Source: Elusimicrobiales bacterium (GTDB lineage Bacteria; Elusimicrobiota; Elusimicrobia; Elusimicrobiales; UBA9959). From it: a stretch of DNA of 64,000 bases. The stretch is taken from NCBI GenBank assembly GCA_049972095.1, contig JBMFKQ010000004.1:5727-69726 (forward strand), in the 5' to 3' direction. Below are positions 1 to 9,598 of this stretch, in pieces. The notes under the pieces are model-generated. The model did not search any database. It was not told the origin of the DNA and worked only from the letters and a program-made list of their open reading frames with translations. Position 1 is the first letter of the stretch. Each line of letters starts with the position of its first letter. Position numbers and translations under genes: made by a program.

Positions 1-16
1 GTTTTTTGAGGAAGAG

Positions 17-556
17 GTGTTTAAGAATTTTTTTGAACTTGTTAAATCAAGAAAAAGTATAAGGAGATTTAAAAATACCACAATCTGTAATGAAACACTA
101 AAATATATACTTGAATGTGCAATAAACTCCCCATCGGCATGCAATGTTCAACCATACAGATTTGTTGTTATAAAAGGAAGAGCAAAGGAGGAATTCTGTA
201 ATGAGGTTTTTAGTGGAATTTATTCTCTTTCTTCTTTTGTGAAAAAAGCCCCTGTTATAATAGCCATTGTCAGGAGTAAGAAGAGCATAAAAATGAGTAT
301 TGGTGAAGGTATAGTTGATTGTGATTTTTCCCTTATAGACATAGGTATATGCGGGCAACATATTGTGCTTGCTGCAACTGAAAAGGGGCTTGGAAGTCTA
401 TGGGTTGGATGGTTTAATAGGAAAGCAGCAGATAGGTTTATTGGGGTTTCTAAAAACGAAAGGGTTGAGATACTGATTGCTTTAGGAGAAAAGGATGAAG
501 AGCCTTGTGAAAGGAAAAAGAAGAATTTTAATGAGCTTGTCAGTTTTATTGATTAG
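17..556 (+). CDS. Nitroreductase family protein (FMN-dependent)
   Basis: RKSIRRF, SPSACNVQPYRF and LAATEKGLGSLWVG motifs; GTG start after GAGGAAGAG. Confidence 0.9.
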   Translation: MFKNFFELVKSRKSIRRFKNTTICNETLKYILECAINSPSACNVQPYRFVVIKGRAKEEFCNEVFSGIYSLSSFVKKAPVIIAIVRSKKSIKMSIGEGIVDCDFSLIDIGICGQHIVLAATEKGLGSLWVGWFNRKAADRFIGVSKNERVEILIALGEKDEEPCERKKKNFNELVSFID

Positions 557-686
557 CTTTAAGGCTTTTGCTCAAAACGATAAGAGGGTTGTTTTTGAAA
601 ACCCGGGTGTTTTTGTTATTTTTATTGTGGTTGTTTTCCTTATTTACATATATCTTGGTGGGAGAAAGAAAAGAAGAAAGGGATGA
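531..686 (+). CDS. Small membrane protein (signal-like N-terminus, one TM helix, basic tail)
   Basis: MSLSVLLISFKAFA, hydrophobic GVFVIFIVVVFLIYIYLGG, tail RKKRRKG; fills the gap between genes and its stop overlaps the pyrC start (ATGA). Start could also be 495. Confidence 0.55.
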   Translation: MSLSVLLISFKAFAQNDKRVVFENPGVFVIFIVVVFLIYIYLGGRKKRRKG

Positions 687-1951
687 TGCTTCTCAAGAAT
701 GGTTTTGTTGTTGATACTCTTACAGGCTCTATAGAAAAAAAGGATATACTTATCAAAGGTAGAATAATAAAAAGTATTGGGAAGGTATCTGTATCTAGGT
801 CAAAAATAAAGAAGGTTTTTGATCTCAAAGGAAGGTTCGTTATACCAGCTCTTGTTGATATTCATGTTCATTCAAGAGTGCCTGGTAAGGAGTATGCTGA
901 GGATTTTTCAACCATTTCAAAACAGGCTTTACGGGGAGGGATTGGAAGGATTGTGACTATGGCAAACACCATTCCTGTTGCTGATGATGAGCAAACATTG
1001 AGGTATATAAAAAAAAGGGCAGCAAAAGAATCGCTCATAACAGTGTTTCAAACATCAGCAATAACTGAAAATCAAGAAGGGAAGAAGATTGTTGATATAG
1101 AGAGAAATTCAAGGTATGCCTTGGGTTTTAGCGATGATGGTAGGTGGGTTTTTAAAAGCGAGCTTATGATTGAGGCTATGAAAAGAGCATGGAGATGCGG
1201 CAAAAAGGTTTTTTCTCATCCACAGATACCATTTGAGGCGGTTTTAAATAGAAAAATGTTTTTGCGTAGATATAAGGGGATACCATCCTTTACAGAATAT
1301 CTTGCGGTTTTTAGGGATTGCATGATTGCTATTGTTGAGAATATACCACTCCACCTTCAACATATAAGCACAAAGCAGGCATGTCAGATAATCAGAGAGG
1401 CTAAAAAAATAAATCCTTTGATAACAGCAGAGACATGTCCTCATTATATGTGGTTTAGTGAGGATGATGTTAAGGATGCAAATTTTAAGATGAATCCTCC
1501 TTTAAGAAAGCGCAAGGATGTTGATGAGGTTATAAGAGGCGTTGTGGATGGAACTATTGAGGTCATAGCGAGCGATCATGCCCCGCACACTGAGATTGAG
1601 AAATCCCTTGGATTTGAAAAATCACCTTTTGGAGTAATTGGCCTTGAAACACTACTTCCTGCCTCTGTTGACAAATTGCATATCGAAAAGAAGATGCCTC
1701 TTGTTGAGGTTATCAAAAGGCTTACGATTAATCCTTCATCTGTTGTAGGGATTAATGCTGGTTTTTTAAGAGAAGGTTCATCTGCTGATATATGTGTTTT
1801 TTCTTTTTCAAGCTGGCTTTATGATAGTTCATTTTCAAAATCAAAAAACTCACCGTTTCTTGGAATGAGATTTAAATCAAAGGTTGATATGACATTTGTT
1901 GCAGGAAGGCTTCTTTATGAGAATGGTAGATTGGCTTTACAGAGCATTTAG
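683..1951 (+). CDS. pyrC: Dihydroorotase (type I)
   Basis: DIHVHSRVPG, MANTIP, FSDDG, KMNPPLR, IASDHAPH, GVIGLET, SKSKNSPF. Confidence 0.93.
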   Translation: MMLLKNGFVVDTLTGSIEKKDILIKGRIIKSIGKVSVSRSKIKKVFDLKGRFVIPALVDIHVHSRVPGKEYAEDFSTISKQALRGGIGRIVTMANTIPVADDEQTLRYIKKRAAKESLITVFQTSAITENQEGKKIVDIERNSRYALGFSDDGRWVFKSELMIEAMKRAWRCGKKVFSHPQIPFEAVLNRKMFLRRYKGIPSFTEYLAVFRDCMIAIVENIPLHLQHISTKQACQIIREAKKINPLITAETCPHYMWFSEDDVKDANFKMNPPLRKRKDVDEVIRGVVDGTIEVIASDHAPHTEIEKSLGFEKSPFGVIGLETLLPASVDKLHIEKKMPLVEVIKRLTINPSSVVGINAGFLREGSSADICVFSFSSWLYDSSFSKSKNSPFLGMRFKSKVDMTFVAGRLLYENGRLALQSI

Positions 1952-2924
1952 CGGAATTCTTTTTATGATAAAGCCTGAAGAAATGCATAATACTGCGCTT
2001 TTGGGCTTTAAGATTGCAGGGGAGATTGAGGGTGTTAGAAGAATTGTTAAAGGTATTTTTGGATTTGAACAGCCTTTTGAATATATGGGCCTTAATTTTA
2101 AAAATCCTATTGGACTTGCAGCAGGTTTTGATAAAAATGCTGAGGTCTTTGATGTTGTGGAGGCTCTTGGCTTTGGTTTTTGTGAAGTTGGGAGTGTTAG
2201 CCTTAAGCCTCAAAAAGGAAATCCAAAACCAAGAATATTTAGGATTGTTGATGAAGAAGCTCTCATCAATCATATAGGTCTTGAAAACAATGGATCTTAT
2301 GCTGTTGCAAAGAATATTGAAAGAAAAAGGAAAAGGATTACTTTTCCTCTTGGTATAAATATAGTTAAAAACAATGATGTTGATCTTAAAGATGCAGCTA
2401 ACAATATATTTGAGTGCTTTAGAATAATGAAGGACCTGGGTGATTTTTTTGTTTTCAATATAAGCTGTCCTAATGTAGAGTTTTTTCATAGGAATATTTA
2501 TGATTATATATCGGAGATCGGTGAAGAAATAAACAGGATCTGTGTTAAAAAACCAAAGTTTATAAAACTTTCCCCTGATCTTGACAACAGAGATCTTGAG
2601 CTTGCAGTTAAGGCATGCAAGGAGTGTGGTTTTGGCATTGTTGCTGGCAATACAAGTAGAAGAAGGGATATACTTAAAAACAGATGTTTTGATTTGATTG
2701 ACGGAGGGGTTAGTGGTAAGCCTTTAAATAAGCCTTCATCTGATATGCTTGAGAAGATAAGGAAAATAGATAATAAAGTGGATGTGATTTCATGTGGTGG
2801 AATATTTGAGAAGAAGGATATTGAGTTAAGAAGAACTTTTGGTGTAAGACTTTTTGAGATATACACATCTTTCATATATTATGGTCCAGGTATTATTAGA
2901 AGGCTTCTTTGTGATGTAAGATAA
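1917..2924 (+). CDS. pyrD: Dihydroorotate dehydrogenase, class 2 (quinone) type
   Basis: PEEMH, NPIGLAAGFDKN, PQKGNPKPRIFR, NISCPN, KLSPDL, GGVSGKPL; start chosen after GGAAGG. Confidence 0.88.
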   Translation: MRMVDWLYRAFSGILFMIKPEEMHNTALLGFKIAGEIEGVRRIVKGIFGFEQPFEYMGLNFKNPIGLAAGFDKNAEVFDVVEALGFGFCEVGSVSLKPQKGNPKPRIFRIVDEEALINHIGLENNGSYAVAKNIERKRKRITFPLGINIVKNNDVDLKDAANNIFECFRIMKDLGDFFVFNISCPNVEFFHRNIYDYISEIGEEINRICVKKPKFIKLSPDLDNRDLELAVKACKECGFGIVAGNTSRRRDILKNRCFDLIDGGVSGKPLNKPSSDMLEKIRKIDNKVDVISCGGIFEKKDIELRRTFGVRLFEIYTSFIYYGPGIIRRLLCDVR

Positions 2925-2942
2925 AGTGTTTTCGGAGGTCTT

Positions 2943-3167
2943 ATGGAAAAAAGTATAGGAAGGATTATAAGTGAGCTTGCATGGACAAATATAGAGCTGT
3001 GGCATGAGGAGGATAAGGCAAGATCTGAGGATGATAAAGAGGTTGCTATGGCTAAAAGGAATATAGATAGGCTTAATCAGAAAAGAAATGATCTGATAGA
3101 GCTCATTGATGAGATTGTTATAGAGAGTTTATCAGCAAAGAAAAGAAAGAAAAGATTTGATTCTTGA
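2943..3167 (+). CDS. DUF4254 protein, N-terminal half
   Basis: LWHEEDKAR...[20 protein letters not shown]; SD GGAGG. Confidence 0.75.
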   Translation: MEKSIGRIISELAWTNIELWHEEDKARSEDDKEVAMAKRNIDRLNQKRNDLIELIDEIVIESLSAKKRKKRFDS

Positions 3168-3171
3168 TAAA

Positions 3172-3441
3172 ATGGCTGAGACTGTTGGAAGTTTAGTTGA
3201 TAAGATAACGATAATAAATCTCAAGATATATCATATGATGGAACAGCTTAAGAGAAGTGATGTTGATGACAGCTTCAAAATATCTGTTGTCAATAAGATA
3301 AAGATTTTAAAGATTCAAAGAAAGGATCTTGAAAAAGAACTAAATCAGCTTTTTGATGATGTGGTAGAAGGGAGGAAAAGGCTTAAGGTATATAGACAGT
3401 TCAAGATGTATAATGATCCAAGATACAGGATGAAGAAGTGA
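3172..3441 (+). CDS. DUF4254 protein, C-terminal half
   Basis: ETVGSLVDKITIINLKIYHM...KVYRQFKMYNDP; ATG 4 nt after the upstream stop. Confidence 0.75.
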   Translation: MAETVGSLVDKITIINLKIYHMMEQLKRSDVDDSFKISVVNKIKILKIQRKDLEKELNQLFDDVVEGRKRLKVYRQFKMYNDPRYRMKK

Positions 3442-4385
3442 ATTTTCTCATAATAGTTTATAAAGGGATAGGTGATGTTATACTAACAACCCCTCTGGTC
3501 AAAGCCATCAAAAAAAATTTTCCGAGCTCAAAGGTTTTTTTTCTTACAAAGAAATACTCCTCAAGCATACTCAAAAACAATCCTTATGTAGATGAGATTA
3601 TTGTTAGGGAGGAGATGAGGCTGATTGATCTTATGTCAAAAGGGATTGATGTTTCAATAGACACTATGCTCTCATCCTCATCTGCATTCTTTTCTCTTTT
3701 AAGTGGGGCAAAGAAGAGAGTAGCCTTTTTTAGAAATTGGGGCTTTCTTGTCTATAACTGTATGATAAAAAGTCAGTGGCACGGATATAATGTTATAAAA
3801 AGACTTGAGTATCTCAAAGTTTTTGGGATTGATTGGAGAAACATAAAGGATATAAAGCCAGAGATCTATCCTGCCCCTTGTGATTTTGAGAATGTAAAAA
3901 AAACCCTTGAAAGGTATCTTATATATCCTGGTAGAGATAAGATAGTTAGCTTTGATATTACAAGCCCCCGCAAGGAAAGACAACTGCCAGCTGATATTTT
4001 TATCTACTGTGCTGATAGGCTTGTTGAAATGGGTTTTAAATCCCTTTTTATGCCTGCAGCTTGGGATTATGAATATGTTATCTCCTCAATTAAAAGATAT
4101 TCATCTCATCCTGATAGATATGTTGTTATAAAGGATTTCTCCATTCTTGAGCTTTCAGCTGCAATATCGTTTGCAGATATTCATATAGGCACATCATCCG
4201 CACCTATGCATATTGCAGTAGCTTTTGATGTGCCAACCTTTACTCTATATACACCACAGGTTAATCCAATTTCCTGGAGTCCCCCCTTTCCTCATCACAG
4301 ATGGATACAGTCAGAGATATCTAAGATAGATAAGTTTGATGTGTGGAAGGCTATTGAGAGGCAGATTGATACTTTAAATTTGTAG
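3438..4385 (+). CDS. Glycosyltransferase family 9 (LPS heptosyltransferase-like)
   Basis: IGDVILTTP, NNPYVDEII, SSAPMHIAVAFDVPT. Confidence 0.88.
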   Translation: MNFLIIVYKGIGDVILTTPLVKAIKKNFPSSKVFFLTKKYSSSILKNNPYVDEIIVREEMRLIDLMSKGIDVSIDTMLSSSSAFFSLLSGAKKRVAFFRNWGFLVYNCMIKSQWHGYNVIKRLEYLKVFGIDWRNIKDIKPEIYPAPCDFENVKKTLERYLIYPGRDKIVSFDITSPRKERQLPADIFIYCADRLVEMGFKSLFMPAAWDYEYVISSIKRYSSHPDRYVVIKDFSILELSAAISFADIHIGTSSAPMHIAVAFDVPTFTLYTPQVNPISWSPPFPHHRWIQSEISKIDKFDVWKAIERQIDTLNL

Positions 4386-4436
4386 TATAATTAAATTATA
4401 AGGTTTGAAACTTTTAAAGAGTTAGGTATAAGGAGG
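4386..4436 (+). promoter_or_regulatory. Putative -10 box (TATAAT) and SD (AAGGAGG) for the hpf-PTS operon
   Basis: TATAAT at 4386-4391; AAGGAGG at 4430-4436. Confidence 0.45.
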
Positions 4437-4440
4437 AAGA

Positions 4441-4956
4441 ATGAATATTCATATAGTTGGAAGGAAGATAAAACTTACTGCTGCCATAAAAGATTTTATA
4501 GAGAGTAAGGTTAACAATGTTCTTGGATATATGGATAATATAGTTTGGGTTCAGGTTACAGTTGGAGTTGATAAGAAACAGCATTATGCTGAGATAGTGG
4601 CTCATGTTGGCCATCAGACTATAAAGGCAGTAGGGATATCCGATGATCTTTATTCCGCAGTTGATAATGTCCTTGATAAGATAGAAAAACAGGCAAAAAG
4701 GTACAAGGAAAAGATTATTGATTCAAGAAAGGAGGTTGGTAGTTGTAATTATACTACTGGTGTGGTTGGGGATATAAGGTTTTCTGTTATAAAAACCGTT
4801 CCTATAAAACCAATGACAAGGGAAGAGGCTGTTATTGAGATGGAAAGACTTGGCTATAACTTCTGGCTTTTCTATGATAAAAATACTAATCAGCCTCAGG
4901 TTGTTTTCAGAAGACTTGATAATACATATGGAATACTTCAGCCTGTTAAAAAATGA
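4441..4956 (+). CDS. hpf: Ribosome hibernation promoting factor (long HPF / RaiA)
   Basis: DLYSAVDNVLDKIEKQAKRYKEK plus C-terminal KPMTREEAVIEMERLGYNF domain. Confidence 0.93.
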   Translation: MNIHIVGRKIKLTAAIKDFIESKVNNVLGYMDNIVWVQVTVGVDKKQHYAEIVAHVGHQTIKAVGISDDLYSAVDNVLDKIEKQAKRYKEKIIDSRKEVGSCNYTTGVVGDIRFSVIKTVPIKPMTREEAVIEMERLGYNFWLFYDKNTNQPQVVFRRLDNTYGILQPVKK

Positions 4957-4967
4957 TGTGTTTTTAA

Positions 4968-5918
4968 ATGGATAAGGCGATAACAGTAAAACAGCTTGTT
5001 GAAGAAAAGGGTAAAGAGCTTAAACTGAGGCTTGTTGTAGGAAAGGGATTTCTTGGGAGAAAGATTGTTGTAAGTGAGATCAATCGCCCAGGTCTTGCGC
5101 TTACCGGATATCTTGAACAATTTAGGTCAGAAAGAATACAGGTAATTGGAAGAGGGGAGTATTATTACTGTATATCACGCAGCTATCAAAAAATATTTAA
5201 AAACCTTGACAGAATGTTTAAAACAGGGGATGTACCTTGTGTTGTTATAACTGGTGGAATGAAACCTAATTCAGCAATAGTAGATGCTGCAAAGAAAAAT
5301 AACATTCCTCTTCTTGTGAGCCTTCTTAATACCGCAGATTTTGTAAGAGAGCTCATAGCATACCTTGATGAAAAACTTGCTCCATCAACCATTGTCCATG
5401 GGGTTCTTGTTAATGTATATGGGCTTGGTGTTTTGATACAGGGGGATGCCGGCATAGGCAAGTCAGAGTGTGCCATAGAGCTTCTTAAAAGAGGTCATAT
5501 ACTTATTAGCGATGATGTTGTTGAGATAAAAAGAAGGGTTGGGCACATACTCATTGGAAGTTCACCAAGGACTATTAAGAATTTTATGGAGGTTAGAGGA
5601 ATAGGGATAGTTGATGTAGAGATGATTTTTGGGGTTGGTGCAATACTTCCAAGCTCTGCGATTGAGCTTGTAGTTTATCTCCAGTCATCTAAGGGTGTTG
5701 ATCTAAGCAGTTATGACAGCACAGGGCTTGAAGAACAGACAATTGATATACTTAATGTTAGTGTGCCAATGATAAAGATACCAGTTACTCCCGGAAGAAA
5801 CCTTGCTGTTCTTATTGAGGTTGCTTCACTTAACCAGCGGCTTAAAAATACAGGTTATTTTGCAGCAAGAAGACTTAATGATATTGTAAAAAAAGAGATA
5901 AAAAGAAATTCAAAATGA
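4968..5918 (+). CDS. hprK: HPr kinase/phosphorylase
   Basis: NRPGLALTG, GDAGIGKSECAIEL, MEVRGIGI, PVTPGRNLA. Confidence 0.96.
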   Translation: MDKAITVKQLVEEKGKELKLRLVVGKGFLGRKIVVSEINRPGLALTGYLEQFRSERIQVIGRGEYYYCISRSYQKIFKNLDRMFKTGDVPCVVITGGMKPNSAIVDAAKKNNIPLLVSLLNTADFVRELIAYLDEKLAPSTIVHGVLVNVYGLGVLIQGDAGIGKSECAIELLKRGHILISDDVVEIKRRVGHILIGSSPRTIKNFMEVRGIGIVDVEMIFGVGAILPSSAIELVVYLQSSKGVDLSSYDSTGLEEQTIDILNVSVPMIKIPVTPGRNLAVLIEVASLNQRLKNTGYFAARRLNDIVKKEIKRNSK

Positions 5919-6763
5919 AAACTGTATTTATAGTTAGCGGCATAAGTGGTTCAGGTAAAAGTCAGGCACTTAAGTGTTTTGAGGATTTTGGATTTCACTG
6001 TATAGATAACATTCCTGTAAAGCTTTTCTCAAGTCTTGAGAAGCTCATAATGAGTGAGGAGTATCTTAATAAGGTTGCGGTATGTATTGATATAAGGGAG
6101 ATGAGACATTCAAAAAACTTCATATCTGGAATATCCTGTCTTAATATGAAGGGTGCGGAGTGTAAAATAATATTTCTTGACTGCCAGGATAATGTTATTA
6201 TACAGAGGTTTTCTGAAACCAGACATAGACATCCTCTTGGTGAAAATATATCCGTTGCTATAAAGAAGGAAAGAAAAATGCTTGCTCCTCTTAAAGAGCA
6301 GGCTGATAGAATAATAGATACGACCAACCTAACGCTTGGAGAGCTTAAGGAAATAATCTCATCACTTGTTGCTGTTAAAAGTGTTTATGATTTTAAGATA
6401 AATTTTATTTCCTTTGGTTACAAGTATGGTATTCCGATAGATGCGGACATTGTTATGGATGTGAGATTCCTTCCAAACCCTTACTATGTTAAAAATCTCA
6501 AAGATAAAACCGGTCTTGACAGAGAGATCAAAAGGTATCTTGAGAAAAGTAAAGTCTATTGTGAGTTTATTTCAAGCTGGTCTAACCAACTTAGAAACCT
6601 TCTGCCTCTTTACATAAAAGAGGGTAAATCCTTTTTGACAATTGCCGTGGGCTGTACAGGAGGGAAGCATAGGAGTGTGTGTGTTGTTAATCGTATGACA
6701 TCGATATTCAAGGATGATGGTTACGATGTAAGTGAGTTTCATAGGGACATAAGAAAGGTATGA
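5915..6763 (+). CDS. rapZ: RNase adapter / P-loop NTPase RapZ (YvcJ)
   Basis: SGISGSGKS, RFSETRHRHPL, SFGYKYG, DVRFLPNPY, GCTGGKHRSV. Confidence 0.95.
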   Translation: MKTVFIVSGISGSGKSQALKCFEDFGFHCIDNIPVKLFSSLEKLIMSEEYLNKVAVCIDIREMRHSKNFISGISCLNMKGAECKIIFLDCQDNVIIQRFSETRHRHPLGENISVAIKKERKMLAPLKEQADRIIDTTNLTLGELKEIISSLVAVKSVYDFKINFISFGYKYGIPIDADIVMDVRFLPNPYYVKNLKDKTGLDREIKRYLEKSKVYCEFISSWSNQLRNLLPLYIKEGKSFLTIAVGCTGGKHRSVCVVNRMTSIFKDDGYDVSEFHRDIRKV

Positions 6764-7179
6764 TAGGTATAATCATAGTAACACATGGAGATTTCGGCTC
6801 ATATCTTCTTGAAGCATGTGAGCATATTGTTGGCAGAAAAGATAAGATAAGAAGTGTTTCGATATATCCTAAAATGACTATGGATGATATAAGAAAGACA
6901 ATAAAAAAGGTTACAGATGAGATGAGAAGTGAATGCAGCAGCCTTGTTTATCTTGTTGACATTCCGGGTGGCACTCCAATGAATGTTGTTATTCCTTTTG
7001 CAAAGGAGATTGAAAAATCTTATGTTGTGTGTGGTCTTAATATGAACATGCTTATAGATGCTATGATTCTTAGAGAAAGACTTGACCCTGATCATTTTGT
7101 TGACAAGATAATAAGTGATGCGAGAAGATCCATATGTGAGGTTAGTGAAATTTTTTCATCACTAAATGATAAAAAATGA
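6760..7179 (+). CDS. PTS mannose/fructose/sorbose family EIIA
   Basis: IIVTHG phospho-His, VDIPGGTPMN, GLNMNMLI. Confidence 0.92.
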   Translation: MIGIIIVTHGDFGSYLLEACEHIVGRKDKIRSVSIYPKMTMDDIRKTIKKVTDEMRSECSSLVYLVDIPGGTPMNVVIPFAKEIEKSYVVCGLNMNMLIDAMILRERLDPDHFVDKIISDARRSICEVSEIFSSLNDKK

Positions 7180-7637
7180 AGATATACAGGGTTGATGACA
7201 GATTGATTCATGGACAGGTGGTAGAAAATTGGCTTGATTTTTTCTCTATAAACTGCATAGTTATTGTTAATGATGATATTGTTAGTGATGAACTGAGAAA
7301 GAACATAATGAGGTTTGCTGTTCCTCACAGTGTTAATGTTTTTTTTATAAAGACAGATGAACTTGTTTCTTTTCGCAGTGATGATTCAAAAAACTATCTC
7401 TTTCTTTTTGAAAATCTTAGGGATGTTATGAAATGTATCGATATGGGTGCTAAAATAGATAGGCTCAATCTTGGAGGGATTCATTTTGCACATGGAAGAA
7501 ACTTTACCCTTGGAAAGGTTGTTTATCTGAGTGGTGAGGAATGTGAGATTTTAAAAAGGCTTATTTCTTTTGGGGTTGATGTTTATAGGCAAGCCATACC
7601 TCAAGAAATTCCTGTTAATGTTTCAAAGGAGATATGA
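7176..7637 (+). CDS. PTS mannose/sorbose family EIIB
   Basis: RVDDRLIHGQV, LNLGGI. Confidence 0.92.
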   Translation: MKIYRVDDRLIHGQVVENWLDFFSINCIVIVNDDIVSDELRKNIMRFAVPHSVNVFFIKTDELVSFRSDDSKNYLFLFENLRDVMKCIDMGAKIDRLNLGGIHFAHGRNFTLGKVVYLSGEECEILKRLISFGVDVYRQAIPQEIPVNVSKEI

Positions 7638-9598
7638 AAAAATTTATTTTTGCTGTTCATAATCATCAGCCTGTTGGAAATTTTGATCATGTTATAAAGG
7701 AGGCATTTGAAAAAAGCTACAAGCCATTTGCTGAACTTATTTTTAGGCTTGAATACCCTAAGGTTTGCTTTCATTTTTCAGGAATAGTTTATGAATGGAT
7801 TGAAAAAAATTTTCCACAATACCTTGATATGATCTCTGCAATGGCAAAAAGAGATCAGATAGAGCTACTCACTGGTGGTTATTATGAACCAATCCTTTCT
7901 GTTATACCTCAAAGAGATGCAGTTGAGCAGGTGAAAAAACTCAATGATTATATATTCAGAAGATTCGGTGTTGTGCCAAGGGGGATATGGATAGCTGAGA
8001 GGGTTTATAGTCCTAACATAATAAATGTCCTTACAAAGTGTGGAATAGAGTATGTGATTGTTGATGATACTCATCTTATGACATGTGGTATCAGCGATAG
8101 TGATATAAAAGAGATTTTAATAACAGAAAACAACGGTGATGTAGTTAATGTTTTTTCAATAGATCATAATCTCAGATATCTAATTCCTTACAAACCACCT
8201 AATCAGAGTATTGATTATATAGAAAACTCGCAAGGAAGTATATTTGTAATGGCTGATGATGGGGAGAAGTTTGGACTGTGGCCTGAAAGTTACAAGCTTG
8301 TTTATGAAGATGGATGGCTTTATAATTTTTTTGAAAGCATAAAAAACTCAAAGCTTGAGATGAAAACCTTCTCTCAGTGTCTTGATGAACATAAAAGTAG
8401 AAAAAAACTTGTTTATATGCCTAATACATCGTATTTTGAGATGACACAATGGTCTATTGATCCTGATACATCTATTAAACTTGATGAGTTTAAAGAGAAG
8501 GTAGGTGCTCAAAATAAGAGATTTGTTAAGGGCGGTATATTTGAAAACTTTTTTACAAAATATCCTGCCTCAAACATGATTCACAGAAGGGTTTTTGATC
8601 TCAGCACTAAGCTTGAGAAAAATTACAATCTTAAGGCCGCAGATTTTCTATATAAGGCTGAGTGTAACTGTGGATGGTGGCATGGTGTCTTTGGGGGAAT
8701 TTACCTTCCACATATAAGGCATACTATTTATGAAAACCTTCTTAACTGTCAGAGGCTTATATACATTCCATCATCCATACCATCAGTTGATATATGTGAT
8801 TTTGATCTTGATGGTAAAAATGAAATAACTCTTGAGACAAATAATAACTACTTAATATTCTCTCCTTCATATGGGGGTTCAATTGTTGAGTTTTCAAGCA
8901 AAAGAAAAGCTGTTAATTATTCTTCAGTTATGAGCAGGGTTAAAGAATCTTATCATATGAAGGAGATAAGGGATATAAATGGGAGGGTGATAAACAGCAT
9001 TGATAGAGAGATTTGCTATGACTGGCATGAAAGAAGAATGTTGCTTGATCACTTTGTAACTCCACAAACAAGTCTTGAAAGTTTTTCAAAGGCATCCTAT
9101 CCAGAGCAGGGTGATTTCATACCACAGGAATATGAGTATTCTATAAGTGTTTTCAATGGAGGTGCTGAGATAAGGCTTTATAGAAGAGGAACTGTCTGGT
9201 ATGATGATTTTCCATTCTCTGTTATGGTTGATAAGTTTGTAAAGGTGTCTAATGAAGATGGTTTTGATGCTGATTATAGAATAAGAAACCTTTCAAACAG
9301 ATCCAATAGATTTGTATTTATATGTGAGCTTGTTTTTGGTTTCTCTTCTAAAAGCGTTGCTGATACAAGAGATGTTGATGGGATAACTGAGTATATTTTC
9401 AATGATGAGGTGAGGGGAATTGTGAAGCTTAATTTCTCAAAGCCAACAAGGCTTTGGATATTTCCGATTATGACATCTTCAAGCTCTGAGGCTGGAATTG
9501 AAAAAACATATCAGGGTTCGGTTGTTGGTTGTGTTTTTGATGAGTATATAAATCAAGGTGAGCTAGCTACTTTTTCTTTTTCCTTGAGGGTTTTATGA
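7634..9598 (+). CDS. GH57 4-alpha-glucanotransferase / alpha-amylase
   Basis: HNHQPVGN, GGYYEPIL, WIAERV (nucleophile), DDGEKFGLWP (acid/base), CNCGWWHGVFGGIYLPH, C-terminal beta domain. Confidence 0.9.
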   Translation: MKKFIFAVHNHQPVGNFDHVIKEAFEKSYKPFAELIFRLEYPKVCFHFSGIVYEWIEKNFPQYLDMISAMAKRDQIELLTGGYYEPILSVIPQRDAVEQVKKLNDYIFRRFGVVPRGIWIAERVYSPNIINVLTKCGIEYVIVDDTHLMTCGISDSDIKEILITENNGDVVNVFSIDHNLRYLIPYKPPNQSIDYIENSQGSIFVMADDGEKFGLWPESYKLVYEDGWLYNFFESIKNSKLEMKTFSQCLDEHKSRKKLVYMPNTSYFEMTQWSIDPDTSIKLDEFKEKVGAQNKRFVKGGIFENFFTKYPASNMIHRRVFDLSTKLEKNYNLKAADFLYKAECNCGWWHGVFGGIYLPHIRHTIYENLLNCQRLIYIPSSIPSVDICDFDLDGKNEITLETNNNYLIFSPSYGGSIVEFSSKRKAVNYSSVMSRVKESYHMKEIRDINGRVINSIDREICYDWHERRMLLDHFVTPQTSLESFSKASYPEQGDFIPQEYEYSISVFNGGAEIRLYRRGTVWYDDFPFSVMVDKFVKVSNEDGFDADYRIRNLSNRSNRFVFICELVFGFSSKSVADTRDVDGITEYIFNDEVRGIVKLNFSKPTRLWIFPIMTSSSSEAGIEKTYQGSVVGCVFDEYINQGELATFSFSLRVL

